Of a stretch of DNA of 64,000 bases, positions 9,522 to 18,610 are shown piece after piece. A program made the translations under genes and the position numbers. Location: the IMG/VR virus record IMGVR_UViG_2879039326_000005; one strand, written 5' to 3'. Below the pieces are notes generated by a model. It made no database searches. It saw nothing but the letters and a program-made list of their open reading frames with translations, and was not told the DNA's origin. This DNA is from an uncultured virus (IMG/VR IMGVR_UViG_2879039326_000005). Its lineage: Duplodnaviria; Heunggongvirae; Uroviricota; Caudoviricetes. How positions within the stretch are numbered: position 1 is the first letter of the stretch; every line of letters begins with the position of its first letter.

Positions 9522-10574
9522 TTAGGCCTCGGGNACTGCCGGCGCGGCGCCGATCTCGATGTCGGCCTCTTCAAAGCCGCCATAGGCCAGGTGCTCGCCC
9601 AGGGCATAGCCTTCCATGCGCCAGTACTGGTTATCGAAGCACTTGCGATCCTGGTTATCCTCGGCCTTGCGGTTNCGCGTNCCGCGCTGGGTGTAGCAGT
9701 GCAGGTTGTCCAGNGTGGTGACNACCATCCGCTTGCCCGGGAAGAAGGGNGGGATGTAGGCCTTGCGCCCGGCGATGGACTCGGCCAGCTTCTGGGCGGC
9801 GATCTGCTCNCTCGGCTTGGTGGCTTCGCTGTAGAGCTTGGCTTGGGCCGCCGCCACCAGTTCGGTACCGACCAGNACCACNAAGCGNGGGTCTTGGCGA
9901 AACAGCGGATCGATGGTGGTGTTGATAAGGTCGGAGGCCATCTCGTCCAGGGTCTTGTAATCGCCCTTGCCGTCCGGGTCGAAGCGGATCTTCTCGCCGG
10001 CTTTGGCCTTGATGATCTGGCTGCCTTCGTTCCACTCACGGGCTATCTGGTGCCACCCCTTGTTGACGTCTTCACCCAGCGGGTTTTTCTCCGGGTCGGT
10101 CGTCTCTTCGGCAGAAACGCCATTCCAGCCGACCCGCACAATGTCGAGGGCGAATGCCGTGTTGATGAACTCACCGACCAGGCGGATGAACTCGCCCTCG
10201 TTGCCGGCGTTGGCCCAGACACACAGGGTTGCCCAGTCGAGCGAGGCACACGAATCGGTCTCGCTCAGTTCGTAGGTGTTGCCATCCACGCCGATCTTGC
10301 CGTTGAAGCGGCCATTTTTCTTGCGGCCGGTGAACAGCTTGCCGATGCCGACTTGCACCACCTGGCCCTTGATCTGNTCCACATCCATACAGGTGATGAG
10401 ACCGAGGAACTCGACAGAGGCGAGCAGGCCCGCGCGCAGACCGGTTTCCACNGGGCCACTGATGACGCTGAACTGTTTGTCCAGCACGTTAACGGGGATG
10501 CCATAGGTCTTGGCCAGGGCAGCNCTGTATTTTTCGAGGCGCTGACGGGCCTGGACGGTTAGGGTCTGACTCAC
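9522..10574 (-). CDS. Major capsid protein, P2 family (gpN)
   Basis: ALDIVRVGWNG, NPLGEDVNKGW motifs. Confidence 0.93.
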   Translation of the reverse strand: MSQTLTVQARQRLEKYXAALAKTYGIPVNVLDKQFSVISGXVETGLRAGLLASVEFLGLITCMDVXQIKGQVVQVGIGKLFTGRKKNGRFNGKIGVDGNTYELSETDSCASLDWATLCVWANAGNEGEFIRLVGEFINTAFALDIVRVGWNGVSAEETTDPEKNPLGEDVNKGWHQIAREWNEGSQIIKAKAGEKIRFDPDGKGDYKTLDEMASDLINTTIDPLFRQDXRXVXLVGTELVAAAQAKLYSEATKPXEQIAAQKLAESIAGRKAYIXPFFPGKRMXVTXLDNLHCYTQRXTXNRKAEDNQDRKCFDNQYWRMEGYALGEHLAYGGFEEADIEIGAAPAXPEA

Positions 10575-10583
10575 GGTCGCTCC

Positions 10584-11456
10584 TTAATATGCGGTGGGGG
10601 TATCGTCACCGCCGAGCGCGCCCGGGCGTTGGCCCGGCTTCTCGACAGAGAACTGGTCGATCTTGCCGTTCAGCTCGCTGAACTTGTCGGTCAGGCCGGT
10701 CAGGGTCTGCTCCAACTTGGTGAACTGCTCGGCGGTGATGCCTGGCTTGTCGTCAACGGTGGCGGGATCGGTGACCAGGGCGGTGGGCTGCTCGGGGGCC
10801 GGTTGGGTTTCCAGCTTGACGCTGAAAGAATCGATCTTGTCGCCAAGGCCGGTCAGGGCCCCCAGCATCTGATCGAACTGTTCTGGTTTCATTTCCTCAT
10901 CCTCGGGTTGGCTGGGGGTAGGTTTGGGGGCAGGTTCACCATGGCTGGCCATAAAGCTGAAAAACTTGGCCATGAAGCCATCGGTCTTTTCGTGTTTGGG
11001 CAGTGTGAACATGGAGAGATCCAGCGGCTCGCTGGTGCCGACGGTCTTGCCCTTGTTGCTGTTGCTGAACTTGAGGTAGGTGGTGCCGGTACTGGCGGGT
11101 TGGTCGGTAACGCCCAGGCCAATCAAGTAGGTGCGGCCGAGATCGGCAAATTGCTCGAATGGCTCGATGGAGCAGAACTGATATTGGCCGCTCTGGTTCC
11201 AGTAGATGAGATCCCGGTTGGGGCAGAGGATGGCGAACAGCTTAAATTTGCCATCGGCCTCTTCGGTCTTGAGCGCCTGCACGGTGCCATAGCTGGACCA
11301 GCGATCGTGCTCGGGCCAGATGACGGCGGTGTAATAGGTCGGGTCGTAGGTCTCGGCCATGTCGGTGAGCCAGTCGCGGGTAATATCCCGCCCGTCCACC
11401 GCTTTGCCTTCGGTGGCGATACAGACCCAGCCAGTTCTCAAGGTTGATTCGTTCAT
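10584..11456 (-). CDS. Capsid scaffolding protein (gpO)
   Basis: IATEGKAVDGR, YLIGLGVTDQPASTGT. Confidence 0.92.
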   Translation of the reverse strand: MNESTLRTGWVCIATEGKAVDGRDITRDWLTDMAETYDPTYYTAVIWPEHDRWSSYGTVQALKTEEADGKFKLFAILCPNRDLIYWNQSGQYQFCSIEPFEQFADLGRTYLIGLGVTDQPASTGTTYLKFSNSNKGKTVGTSEPLDLSMFTLPKHEKTDGFMAKFFSFMASHGEPAPKPTPSQPEDEEMKPEQFDQMLGALTGLGDKIDSFSVKLETQPAPEQPTALVTDPATVDDKPGITAEQFTKLEQTLTGLTDKFSELNGKIDQFSVEKPGQRPGALGGDDTPTAY

Positions 11457-11517
11457 GCCTGCTCCCAATAAGATGCGGGCTCAGGCTATCGGGTCGGCGA
11501 GGGGGTTTCATCCAGTT

Positions 11518-11566
11518 GTGTTCGGGGGGATTCGGATCCAGCGGGATATCCGAATTGCTCAGAACA
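11518..11566. promoter_or_regulatory. Dyad between divergent O and P genes; probable Ogr-type late activator site
   Basis: ATTCGGAT...ATCCGAAT inverted repeat with flanking TGTTC...GAACA. Confidence 0.5.
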
Positions 11567-11633
11567 TCAGTGGGATAAGTGGGGGTAATGGGCTGGCTAT
11601 GATGGCGCCATCATTCATATCGATGGAGGCGCC

Positions 11634-13454
11634 ATGGCGTATCCCGAAGAGATCCGCAAGGCTGCGAAGGGACTCTACCTTAAGCGATGGCCCCCCCAGG
11701 AGATCAAGGACGAACTGGGGCTCAACTCCTGTCGCATTGTCTACTACTGGGCCGAGAAGCTCGGCTGGCGAGAGTTGCTCACGGACGAGGCGGTGGAGGA
11801 TGCCATCGCCCGCCGGGTCAATGTGCTGCTGGATCGCGAGAAGAAAACCCCGGGCGAGCAGGATGAGCTGGACCGGCTCATCGGCCACCATGTCAGCCTG
11901 AAAGAGAAAGCCCTTAAGTGGGCCGAACGCCAGCAGGCGCTCACCGCCCGCCGCGAGAGTGGCGATGAACCCGCTGCCGAGCTGCCGCGCCGTGGCCGAG
12001 GCGGCCAGGATGGCGGTAGTAGTAAGGGGAGGGGTGGCAAGAAGGGCAAGAACCAGATCGGCCACCTGACAGAGGCAGACTTTGCCGAGTGGCTGGGTAC
12101 CCTGTTTGGCTACCAGCTGCGCTGTCGGGAGGCCAAGAACGACCCGGCCTTGCCGCGCACCCGCAACATCCTCAAGTCACGCCAGATCGGCATGACCTAC
12201 TACTTCGCCGGCGAGGCACTGGAAGATGCCATTCTTACCGGTGGCAACCAGATATTCCTCTCAGCCACCCGCGCCCAGGCGGAGGTGTTTCGCTCCTATA
12301 TCTGCAAGATTGCCCAGACCTTCCTTGGCGTCACCCTGACCGGCAACCCCATCGTCTTGTCGAACGGGGCCGAGCTTATCTTTTGCTCCACCAACTCCAA
12401 CAGCGCCCAGTCCCGCTCGGGCAACGTCTACATCGATGAGTATTTCTGGATCCCCAACTTCGAGCGGCTCTCCGATGTCTCCAGTGCCATGGCCACCCAG
12501 AGCCACTGGCGTAAAACCTACTTCTCGACCCCGTCCAGCAAGGTACATGAAGCGTACCGGTTCTGGACTGGGGATCGCTGGAAGGGTACTCGCCCAAGCC
12601 GGCAGGCTGTTGACTTCCCGGGTGAAGACGACCTGCGCGACGGGGGCCGCATCTGTCCCGATCGGCAGTGGCGTTACGTCATCACCGTCGAGGATGCCAT
12701 ACGCCTGGGCTGTAACCTCATCGACATCGAGGAGCTCAAAGACGAATACCCGGAGGAGGTGTTCGATCGCCTCTACCTGTGCCGGTTTATCGACGATGCC
12801 CTGTCGGTGTTCAAGTTCCAGGACATGGAGCGGGCAGGGGTGGACCCGACTCGGTGGGAGGACTACAAACCCGGGCGGCCCGACCCGTTTGGCCGGCGGG
12901 AGGTGTGGCTGGGGTATGACCCGAGCCGCACCCGCGACAACGCCACCCTGGTGGTGGTGGCCCCGCCCACCGTCGCCGGCGAGCGGTTCCGGGTGCTGGA
13001 AAAGCACTACTGGCGCGGGCTTAACTTCCAGTACCAGGCGCAGGAGATCACGCGGATCGCCAAGAAGTTTCGGGTCACGTATCTGGGGGTCGATGTGTCC
13101 GGCATTGGCGTCGGGGTGTTTGACCTCTTAAAACCCGTGTTCAAGGGGGTATGCCATCCCATCAACTACAGCGTCGAGAGCAAGTCGCGGCTGGTGCTCA
13201 AGATGATCGACGTGGTGGAGGCCAATCGCATCGAGTGGGACTGCGCGGACCGGGATATCCCGCTGGCGTTCCTTGCTATCAAACGCAGCACCACCGGCGG
13301 CGGCCAGATGACGTTTCGGGCCGCCCGCGACAACGTGACCGGCCACGCTGATGTGTTCTTTGCTATCGCCCACGCCGTGGCCAACGAGCCACTCGATACC
13401 AACCGCAAACGCAAATCCAGCTGGGTCACCAGCCAGGAGAGAAAGGCAGCATGA
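11634..13454 (+). CDS. Terminase ATPase subunit (gpP)
   Basis: LKSRQIGMT, YIDEYFW, GYDP and HADxxxA motifs. Confidence 0.95.
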   Translation: MAYPEEIRKAAKGLYLKRWPPQEIKDELGLNSCRIVYYWAEKLGWRELLTDEAVEDAIARRVNVLLDREKKTPGEQDELDRLIGHHVSLKEKALKWAERQQALTARRESGDEPAAELPRRGRGGQDGGSSKGRGGKKGKNQIGHLTEADFAEWLGTLFGYQLRCREAKNDPALPRTRNILKSRQIGMTYYFAGEALEDAILTGGNQIFLSATRAQAEVFRSYICKIAQTFLGVTLTGNPIVLSNGAELIFCSTNSNSAQSRSGNVYIDEYFWIPNFERLSDVSSAMATQSHWRKTYFSTPSSKVHEAYRFWTGDRWKGTRPSRQAVDFPGEDDLRDGGRICPDRQWRYVITVEDAIRLGCNLIDIEELKDEYPEEVFDRLYLCRFIDDALSVFKFQDMERAGVDPTRWEDYKPGRPDPFGRREVWLGYDPSRTRDNATLVVVAPPTVAGERFRVLEKHYWRGLNFQYQAQEITRIAKKFRVTYLGVDVSGIGVGVFDLLKPVFKGVCHPINYSVESKSRLVLKMIDVVEANRIEWDCADRDIPLAFLAIKRSTTGGGQMTFRAARDNVTGHADVFFAIAHAVANEPLDTNRKRKSSWVTSQERKAA

Positions 13455-14467
13455 GCAAACGACAGCAAGCACTGGCCAAGGTGGCCACCCCTTCCACGCG
13501 CCCCTCAGTGGTGTTCAGCATGCCGGAAGAGATAGACCCCACCGCCTGGATGACCGATTACACCGGGGTGTTCTACAACCCCTACGGCGAGTATTACCAG
13601 CCTCCCATCGAGCGTAAGGGGTTGGCCAAGGTGGCCCGGGCCAACGCCCACCACGGGGCTATCTTGATGGCGCGGCGCAACATGGTGGCGGGGCGCTTTA
13701 CCAACCAGCGCGCTACCATCACGGCGTTCGTGCACAACTATCTGCAGTTCGGGGATGCGGGCATGCTTAAAATTCGTAACGGCTTTGGCCAGGTGGTGGG
13801 GCTGCACCCGCTATCGAGCGTCTACCTGCGCCGCCGTGAAGACGGTTGCTTTGTTTACCTGCAGCAGCAGGGCAAGCCGAACCTGATTTACCGGCCGGAG
13901 GATGTGATCTGGTTGGCCCAGTACGACCCCGAGCAGCAGGTTTATGGCATGCCCGATTACCTGGGCGGCCTGCAGTCGGCGCTGCTCAACCAGGATGCCA
14001 CCCTGTTTCGGCGCAAATACTTTCTCAACGGCGCCCACATGGGGTTCATCTTCTACGCCACCGACCCGAACATGGACGATGACACCGAACAGGAGATGAA
14101 GGACAAGATTGCCAACAGCAAGGGGGTAGGGAATTTTCGCTCCATGTTCGTCAACATCCCGGACGGCAAGCCCGACGGCATCAAGCTTATTCCGGTGGGG
14201 GATATAGCAACCAAGGATGAGTTTGCCGCCATCAAGGGGATCACTGCCCAGGACGTGTTGACCAGCCACCGTTTTCCGGCGGCGCTGGCCGGCATTATTC
14301 CGACCAATGGTGGGGGAGGGTTAGGGGATCCCGAGAAGTACGACGCTACCTATGCCCGAAACGAGGTGCTGCCGCTCTGTGAGCTTATCCAGGATGCCAT
14401 CAACAGCGCGGGACTCCCTCGTTCCCTCTGGGTCGATTTTAGGGATACGGTGGGGGAGACTGTATAA
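13451..14467 (+). CDS. Portal protein (gpQ)
   Basis: YGMPDY, FRRKYFLNGAH, KDEF motifs. Confidence 0.95.
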   Translation: MSKRQQALAKVATPSTRPSVVFSMPEEIDPTAWMTDYTGVFYNPYGEYYQPPIERKGLAKVARANAHHGAILMARRNMVAGRFTNQRATITAFVHNYLQFGDAGMLKIRNGFGQVVGLHPLSSVYLRRREDGCFVYLQQQGKPNLIYRPEDVIWLAQYDPEQQVYGMPDYLGGLQSALLNQDATLFRRKYFLNGAHMGFIFYATDPNMDDDTEQEMKDKIANSKGVGNFRSMFVNIPDGKPDGIKLIPVGDIATKDEFAAIKGITAQDVLTSHRFPAALAGIIPTNGGGGLGDPEKYDATYARNEVLPLCELIQDAINSAGLPRSLWVDFRDTVGETV

Positions 14468-14475
14468 AAAGCCAG
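14460..14475. promoter_or_regulatory. Probable LexA (SOS) box upstream of ogr
   Basis: CTGTATAAAAAGCCAG = CTG-N10-CAG, one mismatch from CTGT-N8-ACAG. Confidence 0.55.
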
Positions 14476-14532
14476 TCCTTTTAGGGTAAGATCACATCTA
14501 TTGATTGCGTGTTTGATTTATCGGGAGGGGTG

Positions 14533-14784
14533 ATGCGGGTTTATTGCAAAGAGTGTGGCCAACGGGGCCGTATTACCAAAACCAATCAGTTGAGCTCTGC
14601 TGTTGCCGATCTTTACTGCCAATGTACCGATGCCGAGTGTGGCCACAGCTGGGTGGCCACTTTGTCATTCGCCCACACCCTGAGCCCGTCAGCCAAGACC
14701 ACAAACCAGCTGGTGCTGAGCTTGATGGGCTCACTGACGCCAGAGGGGCGGCAGCTAGTATTGCGGGGGATGAGTGGACGATAA
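14533..14784 (+). CDS. ogr: Ogr/Delta-family zinc-finger late activator
   Basis: CKECG...LYCQCTDAECGHSWV...HTLSPS. Confidence 0.9.
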   Translation: MRVYCKECGQRGRITKTNQLSSAVADLYCQCTDAECGHSWVATLSFAHTLSPSAKTTNQLVLSLMGSLTPEGRQLVLRGMSGR

Positions 14785-14805
14785 CAAGTCGATTTCTTAT
14801 AACAG

Positions 14806-14836
14806 GCAGTGGAGGAGGAGGACATCCTCCACTGCA
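14806..14836. terminator. Hairpin between convergent ogr and NTase genes
   Basis: GCAGTGGAGGA...TCCTCCACTGC inverted repeat. Confidence 0.55.
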
Positions 14837-14844
14837 AGACCTAC

Positions 14845-15774
14845 TTACCGGGTAATAGAGGTTTGAGTTTCTTGCTCCGCATATTTTTTTATTTTTTTAT
14901 CAATTTTTTTCTTTGTGTACTCAGAACGGCGAATAAAATCTTTTGATATAAATTCTTCTTCAATGCCTTTCAAGCTCTTGAGATTAAAATGAATAGCATC
15001 AAGAACACTGTGAAAATCAATTTTATGTTTGGCAATGATTCGAATGCTTATATTGTCCTGAAGCAGATAGAATAAGTTATAAAGATATTCCTTGGCCTCT
15101 CTGAAATCTACTTGCTGGAATTTATCTAAAATAAATACAACTAATGGGACTCTCAATGATTTTATTCGCTCGACTTCGGCTGTTATATTTTGTTTTATTT
15201 TCTGATCAATGTTAGCAATTCTAGACCTAACACATGATATAGGGTTAAGGATGCGGATAAGATCGCTCGATGGCGTATCTAACTCTATAGGTAATTGGAA
15301 GGGCTCCGTATTGAGAATTAATTTTTTTTCTTTAAAATCAAGATGCTTGAAGCCTGCTGGAAAATCAATGACATCTACAATATTCGGCTTGATTTCATGT
15401 TCCCCATCGTATAATTCATGGTTCACGTAATACTTACCATTTTCAGATTTTATTTTGTGTGTTACTTTGTCTTTAAGTAATATAAGGGCAAGTGACGGAG
15501 GGGGGCCATTCTCATCTATATTAACATCAACGTTCAATATGGACTCTATGGCTGATAAGTTGGACGCTTTTGTGGAGAAGTCGACATCGTTTGATGCAAT
15601 ATAAACTGATTCTGGTGGAACTCTATAATACGATAAGTAATGAACAACCCAGTAATGAACCGCTTGTCCACCAACTGTTATTATAGGCTCATGAATCTTA
15701 TCTATGTTGTCAATAAGAGCCTTATTAATGAAGAACAGCTGATCTATTGGCTGTAGGAAATCATTTTTGTCCAT
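14845..15774 (-). CDS. Putative nucleotidyltransferase (Pol-beta/AbiEii/MenT-like), AT-rich cargo
   Basis: ITVGGQAVxxW followed by SNDVDF, later VDVI and LNPISCVRSR. Confidence 0.65.
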   Translation of the reverse strand: MDKNDFLQPIDQLFFINKALIDNIDKIHEPIITVGGQAVHYWVVHYLSYYRVPPESVYIASNDVDFSTKASNLSAIESILNVDVNIDENGPPPSLALILLKDKVTHKIKSENGKYYVNHELYDGEHEIKPNIVDVIDFPAGFKHLDFKEKKLILNTEPFQLPIELDTPSSDLIRILNPISCVRSRIANIDQKIKQNITAEVERIKSLRVPLVVFILDKFQQVDFREAKEYLYNLFYLLQDNISIRIIAKHKIDFHSVLDAIHFNLKSLKGIEEEFISKDFIRRSEYTKKKIDKKIKKYAEQETQTSITR

Positions 15775-15807
15775 AAAAAAATACCCCTATGAAATCACAG
15801 GGGTATT
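15775..15807 (-). terminator. Intrinsic terminator-like hairpin that contains the RBS of the NTase gene
   Basis: Minus strand AATACCCCTGTG-ATTT-CATAGGGGTATT followed by T run and then ATG. Confidence 0.7.
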
Positions 15808-15824
15808 CTAACGATTGGTTTTAA

Positions 15825-15995
15825 TTATACAAATAAAAAATTAATGGCACTTTTGGGCCTGTCACTCACACTTTTGAACATAGAGTTAGCTTGCAGAGGC
15901 TTCCTTGGCCTGCGGCCGCTTTTTACTGCCATAACACGAGCATTATAAAGCTTATGTTGGCGCTCTTTGAGAGCTCTTACACTGTTACAAGGCAT
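15825..15995 (-). CDS. Small basic protein upstream of the NTase (candidate antitoxin/leader)
   Basis: MPCNSVRALKERQHKLYNARVMAVKSGRRPRK...; co-oriented, stop about 50 nt before the NTase. Confidence 0.5.
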   Translation of the reverse strand: MPCNSVRALKERQHKLYNARVMAVKSGRRPRKPLQANSMFKSVSDRPKSAINFLFV

Positions 15996-16350
15996 AAGCA
16001 CATCCAAATAGTCTGATTGTGGGCCCGTGTCATAACACTAGACCCATTAGCCATTTCATGCAACCAGTCAACTTCCACTGAAGAATGTGACAGTTTAGCA
16101 ATGGCACACTTACGAACACATCAGCGTTCACAAGGGGTGTGATCCTAACATGAGATAATTTTCGATCCAATAGTGATTAAAAAACATTCTTTATGGCCAG
16201 TGATGATAAGGGCCATGTGTTCATAACATAATGAAAAAAAACAATTTTATCATTCCATATCTATTCTGTGAGTTGGATTTTTCGGCCACATCATGGTGAC
16301 AAGAGGGCTCCAAAAGAGCAGCTTCGCTCCTCTTTGGGCTGCTTGGTGTA

Positions 16351-16366
16351 CTGTTTATTTATACAG
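16351..16366. promoter_or_regulatory. LexA (SOS) box
   Basis: CTGTTTATTTATACAG = CTGT-N8-ACAG, directly upstream of the umuD remnant. Confidence 0.8.
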
Positions 16367-16386
16367 ACATTCAGAGATTGCCAGTA

Positions 16387-16501
16387 TGTTTGTTTAACCC
16401 ACACCTGGTTTATCTCTCTAGTGGCCTGCGGTTTCCCATCGCTGGCGCAGGAGCATCGATCTCAATCAGCTGTGCATTGCTCATCTTGCTGTTGCCTTTA
16501 G
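16387..16501 (+). pseudogene. umuD: umuD N-terminal remnant
   Basis: VACGFPSLAQ then, frameshifted, IDLNQLCIAH (UmuD: AGFPSPA-DY...IDLN-L-I-HP). Confidence 0.75.
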
Positions 16502-16574
16502 GATATGGGCAAGCGACAAGGTCGCTATCCAGCTGTAGCCACCTCATCATCTGAGTACTGGCAAAGAGGAGCAC

Positions 16575-16662
16575 TCAGCACAGGCAACTCGGTGGTATAG
16601 CGGGGGCTTAACTGCTCACGCTTCATAATCTACTCTCAGGTATCCGGTTGTTTTCCTCTCTC
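16575..16662 (-). pseudogene. umuC: umuC C-terminal (DUF4113-like) remnant
   Basis: Minus strand MKREQLSPRYTTELPV preceded by stop-interrupted RGKQPDT*E*I. Confidence 0.7.
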
Positions 16663-17014
16663 GAGTTATGGAGCGTAGATAGTCACAGCCTCTGCCCTCT
16701 TAGTCATCCCGCTTTGCTGATCGGCGTCAAAAAATTAACCAAAATCAGCTCTACTGATAACTTTCACTCACTACGCTGGTCGGCGTTTGATACCCTACTC
16801 ATCCGACCCCGATTATACCAAAGGAAGCCGAGGCGTATTTGATGATTGTTCCCATACTCAATCCGGTTAAAAGCAGCATACAGGGAGCTGAAACCCCGTG
16901 CGGTAGCTATCTTGTTTGCTGAGAGATGTTGAGCAGTAAGACTACTACCAATGAGATCTGTGATCGAATAACCCCCATATATTCACAGATTTCGTCTAGT
17001 AGGTTAGCGTAGAG

Positions 17015-17959
17015 ATGGAAAAACATTCAACAGAGTTTAATTGGATTGATACGAGAGCAAACACATTGCGACATGGTTATTTTTCAAATAATAAGCGGTT
17101 AATTTATTTTGGAGGTGTGTTGCAATATTTTAAGTATTTAAGTCCTCAGCGAATTGATGTTTTAGAGAATTTAAAGATTCGCTATACTCAAGCGATTGCG
17201 CTTAATGACCCATTTGAAGTATTTCCTGCGATAATTGACAAGGGGGAGGATTGGTATTACAAGCAGTTCTTAGCTCGTATTGAAGCTGAGGCAGAACAGT
17301 TTGCATTTAGAAGTGCGGTAAAGAAAAAGCAATTTTTAAGGGCTAGAAAAAAAGAATTCCCTAATTTTTATCGTTGTTATACGGATGAACCATGGCTGAT
17401 GGAACAGGCATATTCAATTGTGATGCTGGATGCCCATGTACAGGGTTATTTAAGTTTAAGTAAAACCAATAAAAATATTCTAATGTGGTCGCATTATGCT
17501 CAAAGCCATGAGGGTTTCGTGATTGGTTTCAATTCTCAGCATAGTTATTTTAATTTCGGCGTTTCCGAAATTGAATACAGTGAAAAACGGCCATTTTTAA
17601 ATCCGCTGCAAGGGCGGCAGGATGCATCATTATTTAGAACAAAGAGTATTGATTGGGCATACGAGCAAGAAGTTAGAAAAAGCATGGAATTTGTTAAGCG
17701 GAGACCGATTGGGAATGGTAATACATTTTTACCATATCCAGAAGTACTGCCAGATCATGCTGATGAGATATATAAAAAAGTAAGGCTGTTTGATTTCCCT
17801 AAAGATGCAATAAGCTCATTGGTTTTTGGGTGGAAATCAACAAATGAATTGAGACGTTCTCTTGTTCATTTGCTAGAGTTTCATGGGCTTTCGTCTGTTA
17901 AAGTAATGCAGGCAGTACCACATTCAAGAAAGTATGAAATGGTTGTCGAGGAAATATAA
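17015..17959 (+). CDS. DUF2971-domain protein (start probably GTG/TTG at 17117-17120)
   Basis: LNDPFE, LMWSHYAQSHEGFVIGF and TKSIDWAYEQEVR motifs. Confidence 0.85.
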   Translation: MEKHSTEFNWIDTRANTLRHGYFSNNKRLIYFGGVLQYFKYLSPQRIDVLENLKIRYTQAIALNDPFEVFPAIIDKGEDWYYKQFLARIEAEAEQFAFRSAVKKKQFLRARKKEFPNFYRCYTDEPWLMEQAYSIVMLDAHVQGYLSLSKTNKNILMWSHYAQSHEGFVIGFNSQHSYFNFGVSEIEYSEKRPFLNPLQGRQDASLFRTKSIDWAYEQEVRKSMEFVKRRPIGNGNTFLPYPEVLPDHADEIYKKVRLFDFPKDAISSLVFGWKSTNELRRSLVHLLEFHGLSSVKVMQAVPHSRKYEMVVEEI

Positions 17960-18087
17960 GCTTACCAACCTATTTTAAGGGGGGTACAATCTCATGGTAT
18001 TTTTCTATGCGTTGTAAAGGTGCGTTGTAAAGGTGCTTTGTAGAGGCTTCGGTACTGCGTTATTAAAAACTTAACGTGGTATGGTAT
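17960..18087 (+). repeat. Degenerate long (Vibrio VXR-like) attC site
   Basis: Begins at the stop codon, ~128 bp, with blocks TGGTATTTTTCTATGCGTTG and GGCTTCGGTACTGCGTT...CTTAAC; R boxes mutated. Confidence 0.55.
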
Positions 18088-18103
18088 TAATCAAGGAGGA
18101 TTT

Positions 18104-18610
18104 GTGCAGACACGTAAAGATGTTCTTAAAGAATGGTACAAGCGAGTGGCAGTAACGCAAGCTGCACATTATTATTCCGCCGATAGTTTAAATAATAGGA
18201 AGTATTGGCTGGGTGTGCCAACGGTTATTTTGACCACGCTAGTTGGTACATCAGTATTTGCTACGGTCTCACAGGAAAACACGGAAGCTTGGGTGAAAAT
18301 ATGTTTAGGGTTGGCAAGTGTAATTGCTGCATTATTGGCAAGTTTGCAAACATTTCTTGGTGATTCAGAAAGATCAGAAAAACATCGGATAGCTGGTGCG
18401 AAGTATGGTGCTTTAGGCCGAGAGCTTGAGTTTATACTTACTATCGAGCAGGATATTGGTGAGGTTCGGTTCGATAATTTAAGGGTTAAGCTAGATGAAT
18501 TAGCTCTTGAATCTCCCAATAACCAACTTAAAATTTATCGTATGGCTGGAGCAAAAGATATTAAAGTTTTACCAAATGACAAAGAAGCTAGCCCACCTCA
18601 ATTAGCTTAA
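18104..18610 (+). CDS. SLATT-domain 2TM effector protein
   Basis: AHYxxA, two TM helices (WLGVPTVIL..., LGLASVIAALLASLQTFL), EKHRxAGxKY; RBS AGGAGG. Confidence 0.85.
   Translation: MQTRKDVLKEWYKRVAVTQAAHYYSADSLNNRKYWLGVPTVILTTLVGTSVFATVSQENTEAWVKICLGLASVIAALLASLQTFLGDSERSEKHRIAGAKYGALGRELEFILTIEQDIGEVRFDNLRVKLDELALESPNNQLKIYRMAGAKDIKVLPNDKEASPPQLA

Noticed and set aside
3637..10524. Diversity-generating retroelement explaining the n bases
   Set aside because: No reverse transcriptase or TR/VR pair; ambiguities are spread over conserved structural genes.
64..13007. Long antisense ORFs (e.g. 64-1023, 2252-3712, 5181-6875, 9591-10562)
   Set aside because: Shadow frames of GC-rich phage genes on the opposite strand, with no motifs.
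15775..17014. Retron msr-msd or other RT-linked ncRNA
   Set aside because: No reverse transcriptase in the window; much of the interval is explained by a small ORF and umuDC debris.
18008..18046. TGCGTTGTAAAGG tandem repeat as a CRISPR array or type III antitoxin repeat
   Set aside because: Only two exact 13-bp copies plus one degenerate copy, no spacers and no cas genes; better explained as slippage inside a decayed attC-like site.
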